DNA from: an uncultured delta proteobacterium
GTDB lineage: Bacteria; Myxococcota_A; Polyangia; Fen-1088
DNA length: 64,000 nt
Direction of reading: 5' to 3'
Assembly: GCA_963796685.1 (NCBI GenBank)
Contig: CAWCMR010000003.1
Location: forward strand, 1-64,000
This document shows, one piece after another, positions 35,734 through 44,651 of the stretch. The notes below the pieces were generated by a model. The model was not told the DNA's origin. It saw only the letters and a list, made by a program, of their open reading frames with translations, and did no database searches. Numbering within the stretch: the stretch's first letter is position 1; each line of letters opens with the position of its first letter. The position numbers and the translations under genes are program-made.

Positions 35734-37425
35734 CTACAAGCTCCACTTTCCCGAGCCAAAGTCGATTCCGGAGCTTCCGAGTTGCTCGAGCTTCAATTGC
35801 GCCAATGCCTTTTCACGGCGTTGGCGAACGAACTCGGCAATACCCAGCACTTGAAGGCCGCTGACGGCGCTAGAACCCGAGGCGTCCAATTGCTGATCCG
35901 AGATCGCGTGACGATAGACTTCGTCATTCGTCCAAGGCCGCGCGGTGTCGGGTGGACCGAACGGCGATTGCGATTCGAGGTACACCGTCTGCTCGAGACG
36001 CTTCCAAAGTGCGCCGCGTTTCTGCGCGAACCAATCAGGGGTAAATCGCTCTTCGAGGAACCAAGCGATGAAGTCGCAATAGTAAGCACGAAAGTCGGGG
36101 TTCTCCAGGACTCGCTTCGCGAGCACGATATTCCCCAATTCCGTGCCTCTGAACAGGATGTCCTTCTCTTGCCAATTGCGCTTCTGGCCTGGCCAACTCA
36201 GTCCCAGGACGCTATCCATGTCGTAGGCGCAGAACGATACAAACGGCGTATGGGCCCCAGGGGTTGCGTCCGATAGTGCGATGTGTAGGATGTAATTCTG
36301 AGCATTGAGATAGTAGTTGTCCCAAGCACCCAACAGGTTGATGGTGGCCATCGTCCGCAAAAAGGTCGCGACATCGAAGATCTTCAGCAGGCTATTGGCG
36401 AAGGCGCTGCTCTTGGGATCGCCACTGTTGTGCAGCACGTCGATGAATTGGGCCAACACGTCGTATTGCGTGTCAGGCGTGTCCAGGCGTGGCTCATAGG
36501 TTCGCGACGACGGTCTCGTACCAGCAGTGAAATAGGCGGTTCCGCTCGGGCCGCGGTTTGCAAGGGTGGCGCCACCGGCAATTTCGCCATATTGGCCGCG
36601 AAATACGGCACGCTCACTGACGCCAGGAAAGAGCCCGCTGAAGAAGTACTCGTCCGGAGGCGGCATGGCAACGTAGGTTCCGTGGTAGACGCCGTCGAGG
36701 GTCATCTCCGCATAGGCGCTCGGCTCTGCCGGACACCTGGCTTCGGCCATCAACGCCCAGGCGAGACGAACCCGTTCGTATGCGGGGTTACGGATGCAGT
36801 TCAACAGGTTGACCTGCTTGGGGAAGCCGGATGCAGCGTCACCGTCGAGCGCCACGCACAGATTGATCTTGCGATCCCAGCGGCTTGTGTTGCCGCGGCG
36901 CTTGACCGACACCTTGTCGCCCTTCAGAGACTGAAACGTCCCGTTGGTATCGTCGGGCCGCTTGTCCGCGTGTTGACCCAGCGCTGTTTCGAAGAACGTG
37001 AGCGTCGCCGTGGGGTCTCCTTTGACCACGGCAGGGTCATGCTTGGCGTCGTCTTTCCAAAGCGCATCGACATCGATACCCGTGATTTGAACCACGAGGA
37101 TGGTGGGTCCATTGGCGCCGACTTCGTCGAACAAGGTCGCGCGATTGGCCTGCGCCTTCTTCCAGTCCGCAACGACCTCGCCGGCCCGAGATGCCTGACC
37201 CTTGCCATTTTTCAGTAGGAGTTTCCCGTTTGCGCTCGAGCCGGGAAGGGCCAAGAGAGCCTGATACGCCCGCTCGAAGGCGTCTTTCCCGCGGAGATAC
37301 GAGCTCCCCGCGCCCGCGGACTGCTCCGCGATTTGCCGCGATTGCGATCCAGCCTCGAGGCCCAGAAGAAAGACGGATTGTACGTCGGCCCGAAGGTCTT
37401 TGGGTGCAGTGGCTTGGTTTGGCAT
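35734..37425 (-). CDS. CotH-family atypical protein kinase
   Basis: VKRRGNTS..RK; E..AWAL; YAEMTLDGVYHGTY; WDNY...NYIL; YDMDSVLG; RBS GAGGGG; no signal peptide. Confidence 0.82.
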   Translation of the reverse strand: MPNQATAPKDLRADVQSVFLLGLEAGSQSRQIAEQSAGAGSSYLRGKDAFERAYQALLALPGSSANGKLLLKNGKGQASRAGEVVADWKKAQANRATLFDEVGANGPTILVVQITGIDVDALWKDDAKHDPAVVKGDPTATLTFFETALGQHADKRPDDTNGTFQSLKGDKVSVKRRGNTSRWDRKINLCVALDGDAASGFPKQVNLLNCIRNPAYERVRLAWALMAEARCPAEPSAYAEMTLDGVYHGTYVAMPPPDEYFFSGLFPGVSERAVFRGQYGEIAGGATLANRGPSGTAYFTAGTRPSSRTYEPRLDTPDTQYDVLAQFIDVLHNSGDPKSSAFANSLLKIFDVATFLRTMATINLLGAWDNYYLNAQNYILHIALSDATPGAHTPFVSFCAYDMDSVLGLSWPGQKRNWQEKDILFRGTELGNIVLAKRVLENPDFRAYYCDFIAWFLEERFTPDWFAQKRGALWKRLEQTVYLESQSPFGPPDTARPWTNDEVYRHAISDQQLDASGSSAVSGLQVLGIAEFVRQRREKALAQLKLEQLGSSGIDFGSGKWSL

Positions 37426-37435
37426 AGGTTCCCCC

Positions 37436-37915
37436 TCAATCACGATCTCCGTAGAGCAACTTCTGATGGTACCGTTTCAGGGACGCCGAGCTCGGGAACC
37501 CGTCGATTTGCCAGATTCGGTCGAACACATCGTCCTCCCAGTGGTCGGGCGCGTCGTGTACCCCCAGAGCGCGTGCGAACTGTGGAATCGTGCCGTGATG
37601 CCAGCAAATCACGATCCGCGCGTCTCGATAGGTTGGGCTCTCCGCCAGGATTTTGGCCCAGTGCTTGTAATCGGTATCCTCGAAGCGCGTGTCAATGGCG
37701 AGCCCAAGGCTTTCACTGAGCGGCTTGAGCGTGAGCGCGGGTCGATTGCTCTCGCGGCTGGCTTTCGTCGCGATCAGCTGGTCCGGTCGCCCAAAGTGAT
37801 CGGGCAAGAAGACAGCGAGCGCGGCCGCTCGAATCCGACCTTTCAACGACAGATCCGCGCGATCGTTGTCGTCAGGCTTTTCCGCGTGCCGTAACAACAC
37901 TATTTGAGCCGGCAT
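37436..37915 (-). CDS. Histidine phosphatase superfamily protein (SixA/PGM-like)
   Basis: VLLRHAEK; LSLKGRIRA; R..LTLKP; ICWHHGTIP. Confidence 0.85.
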   Translation of the reverse strand: MPAQIVLLRHAEKPDDNDRADLSLKGRIRAAALAVFLPDHFGRPDQLIATKASRESNRPALTLKPLSESLGLAIDTRFEDTDYKHWAKILAESPTYRDARIVICWHHGTIPQFARALGVHDAPDHWEDDVFDRIWQIDGFPSSASLKRYHQKLLYGDRD

Positions 37916-38140
37916 GGCAGCCCCCTTTTCCGTTCGTCATTGGCACATCGTCCTATCTTGACCCGTGGCGCCGCCTCCGCACTTTCCGATGCCGCAGAGG
38001 CAGTTCGGTTACAGCCGAAGACCAAATGGTAGTTGTGCCCATGTCCTGTGCGGAGCAGTGCTGGTGTCATCCCCCCACGGCGAAGCCATCGCGCGATTTC
38101 CCGCGCAAAAGAAAAGACGTGCCTCGCGCCGATCCTCGGA

Positions 38141-38165
38141 CATTATATCGTTCCACGATATGATG
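38141..38165. promoter_or_regulatory. Palindromic operator overlapping the MarR start (probable autorepression site)
   Basis: CATTATATCGT-TCC-ACGATATGATG: 11-bp arms with one mismatch. Confidence 0.7.
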
Positions 38166-38606
38166 ACCTCAGACGAGCATCAAGCCCTGGCCGAGTTTCG
38201 CTACCAGATCCGCCGCTTCCTCGGGTTCAGCGAACGCGAGGCGCGGGCCGCCGGAATCGAGCCTCGGCAGCACCAACTCTTGCTTGCCATCAAGGGTCTC
38301 CCCGGTGGGCAGCGGCCCACCATCGGGACGCTCGCCGAACGATTGCAGATCCGGCATCACAGCGCGGTGGAATTGGCGAACCGCCTGGTCGAAAAGCGAC
38401 TTGTAACGCGGCGCCGTAACGACGTCGATGGGCGCGAGGTCCTGATCCAGGTGACCGCACAGGGCGAACGGCTGCTTGCGCGCCTTTCCCTGGCGCACGG
38501 GAACGAGCTGCGCAGCGTAGGGCCTAGTCTGGTGCGAGCTTTGGAGGCAATCGTCGGCGAGCCAAGCGCGACCGGCAAGGGCGTCCGCGCGGAAAGGCGC
38601 CCGTGA
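38160..38606 (+). CDS. MarR-family transcriptional regulator
   Basis: LAEFRYQIRRFL; HQLLLAIKG; TIGTLAERLQIRHHSAVELANRL; DGREVLIQVTAQG. Confidence 0.92.
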   Translation: MMTSDEHQALAEFRYQIRRFLGFSEREARAAGIEPRQHQLLLAIKGLPGGQRPTIGTLAERLQIRHHSAVELANRLVEKRLVTRRRNDVDGREVLIQVTAQGERLLARLSLAHGNELRSVGPSLVRALEAIVGEPSATGKGVRAERRP

Positions 38607-40453
38607 GCTCGCCGATGGGCAAGAAATTGCCCGCCGACCTCAGCGACTTCACAGCCACCCGGCGGTTGATTCCCGTCACGCTGATGGCCATGGCCATCGG
38701 CGCCCTCGGCGCGTGGGTCGCGCTCGCGCTCCTCAGGCTCATCGGCCTTTTCACCAACCTCTTCTTCTTTCAAAGGTGGGGAATCTCGCTTCTCTCTCCC
38801 GCCGCGAACACCCTCGGAGCGATCGAGATTCTGGTTCCGGTGGCTGGGGCGATCGTGGTGGGTCTCCTGGCTCGCTACGGCTCGGAACGAATCAGGGGTC
38901 ACGGCATTCCCGAGGCCTTGGAAGCCATCCTGCTCCAGGGCAGCCGGGTTCAGCCGCGCGTCGCCTTGCTGAAACCCATCTCGGCCGCCATCTCCATCGG
39001 CTCGGGCGGCCCGTTCGGCGCCGAGGGGCCGATCATCATGACGGGAGGGGCCTTCGGCTCGTTGATTGGCCAGATGTTCCGCCTGACCAGCGCCGAGCGA
39101 AAGACCTTGCTCGTCGCGGGTGCCGCCGCGGGGATGGCCGCCACCTTCGCCGCGCCGATTGCGTCCGTCTTCCTCGCGGTGGAGCTTCTGCTTTTCGAGC
39201 TCAAGCCAAGGAGCCTTATCCCGGTGTCGCTTGCCAGCGCGACCGCGATGGTGATGCGCCAACATCTGCTCGGTCCCGGGCCGATCTTTCCCGTTCCGGC
39301 CCACGCCGCGCTCACGGACCCCAAGGCTCTCGCCGGGTGCGTCCTGGTTGGGCTCCTGGCCGGGATGGTGTCGGCGCTCATGACCCTGTCGGTGTACGCG
39401 GCGGAGGATCTCTTCAAGAAATTGCCTATCCACTGGATGTGGTGGCCGGCCATCGGCGGCCTGGCCGTAGGGCTCGGCGGCTTCATCTGCCCGCGAGCGC
39501 TCGGGGTCGGCTACGAGACCATCGACGGTCTCCTGCGAGGGGCTCTGCCCGTGCGGGAGATCGTCACCCTGATGGTCGTGAAGTGGGTCATCTGGTCCAT
39601 CGCCCTGGGTTCGGGAACATCCGGCGGGGTGCTGGCGCCCCTGCTCATGATCGGAAGTGCGTTGGGCAGCCTGGCTGGCCTCGTCCTGCCCAGCGCAGGT
39701 GTCGGATGCTGGTCGCTCGTATGCATGGGCGCCATCTTGGGCGGTATGATGCGATCGCCGCTTACCGGTGTGGTCTTCGCCGTCGAGCTGACCGGCGATC
39801 ATGGGATGTTTCTTCCGCTCCTGATTGCCGCCTCCGTGGCCCACGGTTTTTCCGTGCTGACCATGAAACGATCGATCCTGACCGAAAAAGTAGCCCGTCG
39901 TGGTCACCACCTGACCCGAGAGTATTGTGTCGACCCTCTCGAAGTCGCCTTCGTCCGCGATGTCATGGATACGGACGTGCTCGGGCTGTCCGCTGAATCG
40001 TCGCCCGCCGATGTCGTCGGCCTGCTCGAGGACGCGGGCGAGGCGAGAGACACGTTGTACCCGGTCGTGGAGCCGGATGGCCGTCTCGCTGGCGTGGTGA
40101 CCCGCCGACGGCTGGAAGACTGGGCCCGAGCGGAGGCCACGGGGCAAGGCCTGCACACGGCGAGAGAGATTGCAACGCTGGCACCCGTGACGGTCCATCC
40201 TGACCAGCCGCTGCACATCGTCGTCCGACGCATGTCCGAGACCGGAAAGACCTGCATGCCCGTCGTGACGCGCGATCAGCCTGGGCTTGTGGTCGGGATG
40301 ATCGCTCTTGCCCACACGCTCAAGGCGAAGCGTCGACACCTGGAGGAAGAACATCGGCGGGAGCGCGTCTTGCCCATCGCCTTTCTGCTGCCGCCCGCGC
40401 TGCGTCCGCCTTGGACGAGGCGCGCGACCCGTGCCCGTGATGGAAAAGCATAA
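38603..40453 (+). CDS. ClC-family anion channel/transporter with CBS pair
   Basis: GHGIPE; GGPFGAEGP; GTSGGVLAP; C-terminal CBS domains. Confidence 0.93.
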   Translation: MSSPMGKKLPADLSDFTATRRLIPVTLMAMAIGALGAWVALALLRLIGLFTNLFFFQRWGISLLSPAANTLGAIEILVPVAGAIVVGLLARYGSERIRGHGIPEALEAILLQGSRVQPRVALLKPISAAISIGSGGPFGAEGPIIMTGGAFGSLIGQMFRLTSAERKTLLVAGAAAGMAATFAAPIASVFLAVELLLFELKPRSLIPVSLASATAMVMRQHLLGPGPIFPVPAHAALTDPKALAGCVLVGLLAGMVSALMTLSVYAAEDLFKKLPIHWMWWPAIGGLAVGLGGFICPRALGVGYETIDGLLRGALPVREIVTLMVVKWVIWSIALGSGTSGGVLAPLLMIGSALGSLAGLVLPSAGVGCWSLVCMGAILGGMMRSPLTGVVFAVELTGDHGMFLPLLIAASVAHGFSVLTMKRSILTEKVARRGHHLTREYCVDPLEVAFVRDVMDTDVLGLSAESSPADVVGLLEDAGEARDTLYPVVEPDGRLAGVVTRRRLEDWARAEATGQGLHTAREIATLAPVTVHPDQPLHIVVRRMSETGKTCMPVVTRDQPGLVVGMIALAHTLKAKRRHLEEEHRRERVLPIAFLLPPALRPPWTRRATRARDGKA

Positions 40454-40476
40454 ACCGCCTGCAACGGAGGTGGACC

Positions 40477-42789
40477 GTGAATAGCAATCCCAATGTACGT
40501 CCTGCATCGCCCGATTCGGCACCGCTTTCTCCCTGGTGGCGCCAGACCGCGATTTTGGTCATGGCCTTCGGCTTCACCCTGCTGACGGTGGTGACGGTCA
40601 AGACCTACAAGGGGGCGCCGCCCATCCCGGCACGCGTGGTGAGCTCCGAGGGGCAGATTCTGTTCACCGCGGACGATGTCCACAAAGGCCAGGATGTCTT
40701 CCTCAAGTTCGGCCTCATGGAGCACGGCACGCTGTGGGGACACGGCGCCTACCTCGGACCCGATTACACCGCCGAATACCTGCACCGCCTGACCGAGATC
40801 GCGCGCGACACCGAGGCCACATCTCGATATAGGAAGCCCTGGGCCGAGCTCGCGCAGGAACAGGCGCATTCCGTCGCCGAATCGGTCAAGCAGACGCTCA
40901 AGCAGAACCGCTACGACGAAGGCACACAGACCCTGGTCTTCACGCCGGGTGAGGAGGCGTCCTTTCGCATCCAGCAAGGCGAGTGGAAGAATTACTTCGC
41001 CGGCCACAAGCCGGCGCCGGGACTTCCGTCTCGTTTCATCAACCGCGACGGCGACCTCGCTTCCCTGAACGCGTATTTTGCTTGGGCGACTTGGGCCACC
41101 GTGGCCCCGCGGCCGGGAACGCAGGACTCGTACACCAACAATTGGCCGTTCGAACCGTCGGCGGGAAACACGCCTACCTCGTCGACCTACTTGTGGAGCG
41201 CGCTGAGCCTGGTTTGCCTCTTGGGCGGGCTTGGCGTGGTGCTCTTCGTCTTCGGACGATTCGACTACCTTGGCTGGGGCGGGTCTTCGGGTCACGTACA
41301 CGTATCCGAGGGGCCCATTCACCGCTGGAAGGTCACGCCAAGCCAGAAGGCGTTGGGTCTGTTCTTCGCGGTCGTCGCCGTTCTGTTCGTCCTGCAAGCG
41401 GCGATGGGTGGCGTGCTCGCCCACTATCGCGTCGAGCCCGGCGCATTCTATGGTTTCGATCTGGCTCGATTCCTGCCCTACAACCTGGCCCGCACCTGGC
41501 ACCTGCAACTGGCCATCTTTTGGATCGCCACCTCGTGGGTTGCCGGCGGCCTGTTTCTTGCGCCGCTGGTCGGCGGCGCGGAGCCGAAAGGTCAGAGAGC
41601 CGGCGTGCTGGTGCTTCTCGGTGCCTTGGCGGTGGTCGTCTTCGGCAGCCTGGGCGGCGAGGCGCTCGGGATCAACGACAAGCTTGGGACGCTGTGGTTC
41701 TGGCTCGGCCATCAGGGCAGCGAGTACCTCGACTTGGGCCGTTTCTGGCAACTGCTGCTGGCCGGCGGGCTGGTATTTTGGCTGTTCCTGATGTTCCGCG
41801 CCTTGCGACCCGCCATGAAGTCCGGCGAGAAGGGCGAGCTGTCTTCGCTATTTCTCTACGCGGCCGTGGCCATCCCGGTCTTCTACTTGCCCGCCCTGTT
41901 CTATGGATCCCACACCAACTTTGCCATCATCGACAACTGGCGTTTCTGGATCATCCACCTCTGGGTCGAGGGTTTCTTCGAGCTCTTCGCCACGGTGCTG
42001 GTGGCCGTCATGTTCGTCCAAATGGGACTGGTGACGACCAAGACAGCGACCCGCCTGATCTATCTGGATGCGATCCTCTATCTTGTCGGCGGCATCGTGG
42101 GCACCGGCCACCACTGGTACTTCACGGGGCAAGGCACGCTGAACATGGGACTGGCCTCGTGCTTCAGCGCGTTGGAGGTGATTCCGTTGACGCTTCTGAC
42201 CCTCGATGCGTGGGATTTCATTCGCCTCAAGGATCAGAATTGCGAAGACTGTCACCGGCCGCTTGCCGCCCACCAGAAATGGGCCATCTATTTTCTCATC
42301 GCCGTGGGCGTCTGGAACTTCGTGGGTGCCGGCATCTTCGGATTCCTCATCAATCTGCCCATCGTCTCGTACTTCGAGATCGGCACCAGCCTGACCGCGA
42401 ACCATGGCCATGCCGCCATGTTCGGGGTGTTCGGCATGTTGGCTCTCGGGGTCGTCTTCTTCTGTCTGCGCGCCATTCGCGACGATGAGACTTGGAATCG
42501 GGCCGAACGATGGGTTCGCATCGGGTTCTGGGGTGTCAATGGCGGGCTAGGCCTGATGGTCGTGCTCGACCTGTTTCCCGGCGGCGTGTTGCAACTCTGG
42601 GACGCCATCCAGAACGGCTACTGGCATGCGCGTCGCCTCACGTTTCTGATGGGCGGCCTCTTCCACACGCTCGAATGGATCCGCATCGTCGCGGATCTGA
42701 CCTTCCTGCTCGTGGGGGCCGTGCCGCTGGCGTTGGCCGTGTTGATCCTCGTCTTCGGCGAGCGGGCGCCCGAGCTCGGCGGCCTCTAG
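40477..42789 (+). CDS. norB: Quinol-dependent nitric oxide reductase (qNor)
   Basis: GHGAYLGPDYTAE; YTNNWP; RTWHLQLAIFWIAT; HLWVEGFFELF; GTGHHWY; ALEVIPL; NHGHAAMFGVFG. Confidence 0.95.
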   Translation: MNSNPNVRPASPDSAPLSPWWRQTAILVMAFGFTLLTVVTVKTYKGAPPIPARVVSSEGQILFTADDVHKGQDVFLKFGLMEHGTLWGHGAYLGPDYTAEYLHRLTEIARDTEATSRYRKPWAELAQEQAHSVAESVKQTLKQNRYDEGTQTLVFTPGEEASFRIQQGEWKNYFAGHKPAPGLPSRFINRDGDLASLNAYFAWATWATVAPRPGTQDSYTNNWPFEPSAGNTPTSSTYLWSALSLVCLLGGLGVVLFVFGRFDYLGWGGSSGHVHVSEGPIHRWKVTPSQKALGLFFAVVAVLFVLQAAMGGVLAHYRVEPGAFYGFDLARFLPYNLARTWHLQLAIFWIATSWVAGGLFLAPLVGGAEPKGQRAGVLVLLGALAVVVFGSLGGEALGINDKLGTLWFWLGHQGSEYLDLGRFWQLLLAGGLVFWLFLMFRALRPAMKSGEKGELSSLFLYAAVAIPVFYLPALFYGSHTNFAIIDNWRFWIIHLWVEGFFELFATVLVAVMFVQMGLVTTKTATRLIYLDAILYLVGGIVGTGHHWYFTGQGTLNMGLASCFSALEVIPLTLLTLDAWDFIRLKDQNCEDCHRPLAAHQKWAIYFLIAVGVWNFVGAGIFGFLINLPIVSYFEIGTSLTANHGHAAMFGVFGMLALGVVFFCLRAIRDDETWNRAERWVRIGFWGVNGGLGLMVVLDLFPGGVLQLWDAIQNGYWHARRLTFLMGGLFHTLEWIRIVADLTFLLVGAVPLALAVLILVFGERAPELGGL

Positions 42790-42842
42790 CCGCATCGGTT
42801 ACGAGTCGTGCCAGGCGGAACGCGCTCGGAGCGTCAACTCGC

Positions 42843-43256
42843 CTACTTCCGCACGCGTCCGCCGAGGGAGGCCACCCCGCTGCCGTGGGCGGCGATGAAC
42901 AGGAACAGGAAGCAGTAGATCACCGCTAGCTCGCCCTTGTTGATGCCCGGTAGCCACATGCCGCCCGCCAGGGCGAGCTTCCAGTGGAACTGGAAGTAGG
43001 CGACCGCCATCTCGCCGGAAGCCAGGAACGCGGCGGGGCGCGTGAGCAACCCGAGCGCGATCAACGTCCCGCTCACCAACTCGATGATTCCGGCGAACCA
43101 GATCTGCGAGCCCGCCGGGGGCATGAACTGGCTGTGCCAGCCGAGGATCTTTTGTGCGCCATGAAAAGCGAACAGCGCGCCTGCGACGATGCGCAGGGCT
43201 ACATAGAGATACGGCTCTGCTCGAAGCGCGAGCTCCCTGACTTTCGTAGTGAACAT
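42843..43256 (-). CDS. DoxX family membrane protein
   Basis: LRIVAGALFAFHGAQK; GLLTRPAAFLASGEMAVAYF; NKGELA. Confidence 0.92.
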   Translation of the reverse strand: MFTTKVRELALRAEPYLYVALRIVAGALFAFHGAQKILGWHSQFMPPAGSQIWFAGIIELVSGTLIALGLLTRPAAFLASGEMAVAYFQFHWKLALAGGMWLPGINKGELAVIYCFLFLFIAAHGSGVASLGGRVRK

Positions 43257-43435
43257 GCTGTTCTCCTTGAAGGTTGTCGAAGGTCACGCGACAACGCCGG
43301 CCAGACGGCGCTCGTTGGAATTGAAAGCTGTGAACGGACCCTCGCTAGGAAGATGTCCGAGCGTTGCCGAACGTTACATGGCAAGTCATGATACGGCACG
43401 AGACTCTCAACCCGTGCTTGGTTGGGGAATGCGCA

Positions 43436-43894
43436 CTACCTACCTTCCGGAAGCTGCGGGCCCGCGCCGATCTTGAATTTTCCCATGAAATAGCGCTTTC
43501 GGATGACCTTGCTCTCGGCCGCCCAAGCCTCGATGCCGCGGTTCTTGATCGCGGTGAGGTTGTAGACCTTGAGGTTGTGTGGGTACTTCTCCGCGCCTTC
43601 GGCCAGCGGCTGCAACTTCTGGCACGGGAAGTCCTTGCACTCGTAGCAGAAGTCCACGCCCTCTCGTTTCGCGCATTCGAGGGTGTCGCACTGGCCGCCG
43701 ATGGTCGTGCAGCCGCCGTTGCGGCAACCGTTGCAGCGGAGCTTTTCGATGGTCATGCCGCGCGCCTCGAAGACGCGTCTGCGTTCCGGGGGAATCGAGG
43801 CGAAGAACCCGTCGATGTTGCTGTGAAAGAACTCGCAGTTGAAGCAGTCGATTCCGCACAGGGCGGTGAGGTTCTTGAGCTCGCTTAAGTCCAT
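43436..43894 (-). CDS. DUF3795-type Cys-rich metal-binding protein
   Basis: CGIDCFNC...CNGCR...C...CAKREGVDFCYECKDFPC. Confidence 0.82.
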   Translation of the reverse strand: MDLSELKNLTALCGIDCFNCEFFHSNIDGFFASIPPERRRVFEARGMTIEKLRCNGCRNGGCTTIGGQCDTLECAKREGVDFCYECKDFPCQKLQPLAEGAEKYPHNLKVYNLTAIKNRGIEAWAAESKVIRKRYFMGKFKIGAGPQLPEGR

Positions 43895-43951
43895 GGGCCT
43901 CTCCTTGATGTTGGCCGGTCCATCCTACCGATTGACGGGCAGGCGCGATCC

Positions 43952-43980
43952 CAAATCGCACGGGAGCCTCATGCGATTTG
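43952..43980. promoter_or_regulatory. Inverted repeat in a divergent intergenic region (candidate operator)
   Basis: CAAATCGCA-N11-TGCGATTTG, perfect 9-bp arms. Confidence 0.4.
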
Positions 43981-44013
43981 CTTTCCCCCGGCCGGCACGG
44001 CACCTTGGTTGGC

Positions 44014-44592
44014 ATGATCTCCCATTTGCACTCCGTCATCGAAAAGGCATGCGCGCGGCCCGAGACTCGGTTGGGACTGGATTTCTATCGCGAGCATGTC
44101 CTCGTGGTCGAGCGCTTCGTGTGCCGATTGGCGCCAATCCTTGGCGCCAGTCTGGACATCGTGCTACCCGCCGCCCTCTTGCACGACATCGCGGCCGTCG
44201 AGGATTTCTCGCGTGTTGCCGATCACCATGAGCTGGGCGCGGTGAGAGCGATGTCGATTCTCCGCGACCAAGGCCTTGCCGAGGACCGCGTCACGGCCGT
44301 AGGCGCCTGCATTCGCCGGCACGTGCTGCCGGTCGCGCAGGGTGAAGGAACGGCGGAGGAGGTGTGTCTCTCGAATGCGGATGCCCTGGCGCAGATGGCC
44401 AACCCGTCCTACTGGCTGCACTATGCGCACTGGGCGCGTGCCCTGGAGTTCCCCGCCGGACGGGATTGGTATCTTTCTCTCGTCAAGGACCGGTGGCCGA
44501 GGCTTCACCCTGCCGCGCTCGACCTCGGCCGCCCGCACTACCTTCGCGCAGTCGGGGCTTGTTCGGACGATTGGACCGACTCCAATCGGTGA
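44014..44592 (+). CDS. HD-domain metal-dependent phosphohydrolase
   Basis: EHVLVV...AALLHDIA...HHELGA...IRRH...NADAL. Confidence 0.85.
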   Translation: MISHLHSVIEKACARPETRLGLDFYREHVLVVERFVCRLAPILGASLDIVLPAALLHDIAAVEDFSRVADHHELGAVRAMSILRDQGLAEDRVTAVGACIRRHVLPVAQGEGTAEEVCLSNADALAQMANPSYWLHYAHWARALEFPAGRDWYLSLVKDRWPRLHPAALDLGRPHYLRAVGACSDDWTDSNR

Positions 44593-44651
44593 TGACGAGA
44601 CATCCCGGTGTGGACAACCGCGGTCGCGCGTAGTACACCCCGGCACCTCTC

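Noticed and set aside
40477-42789. NO dismutase (Nod) instead of qNor
   Set aside because: The canonical non-heme Fe ligands and glutamates (HLWVEGFFE, GHH, ALE) are all present
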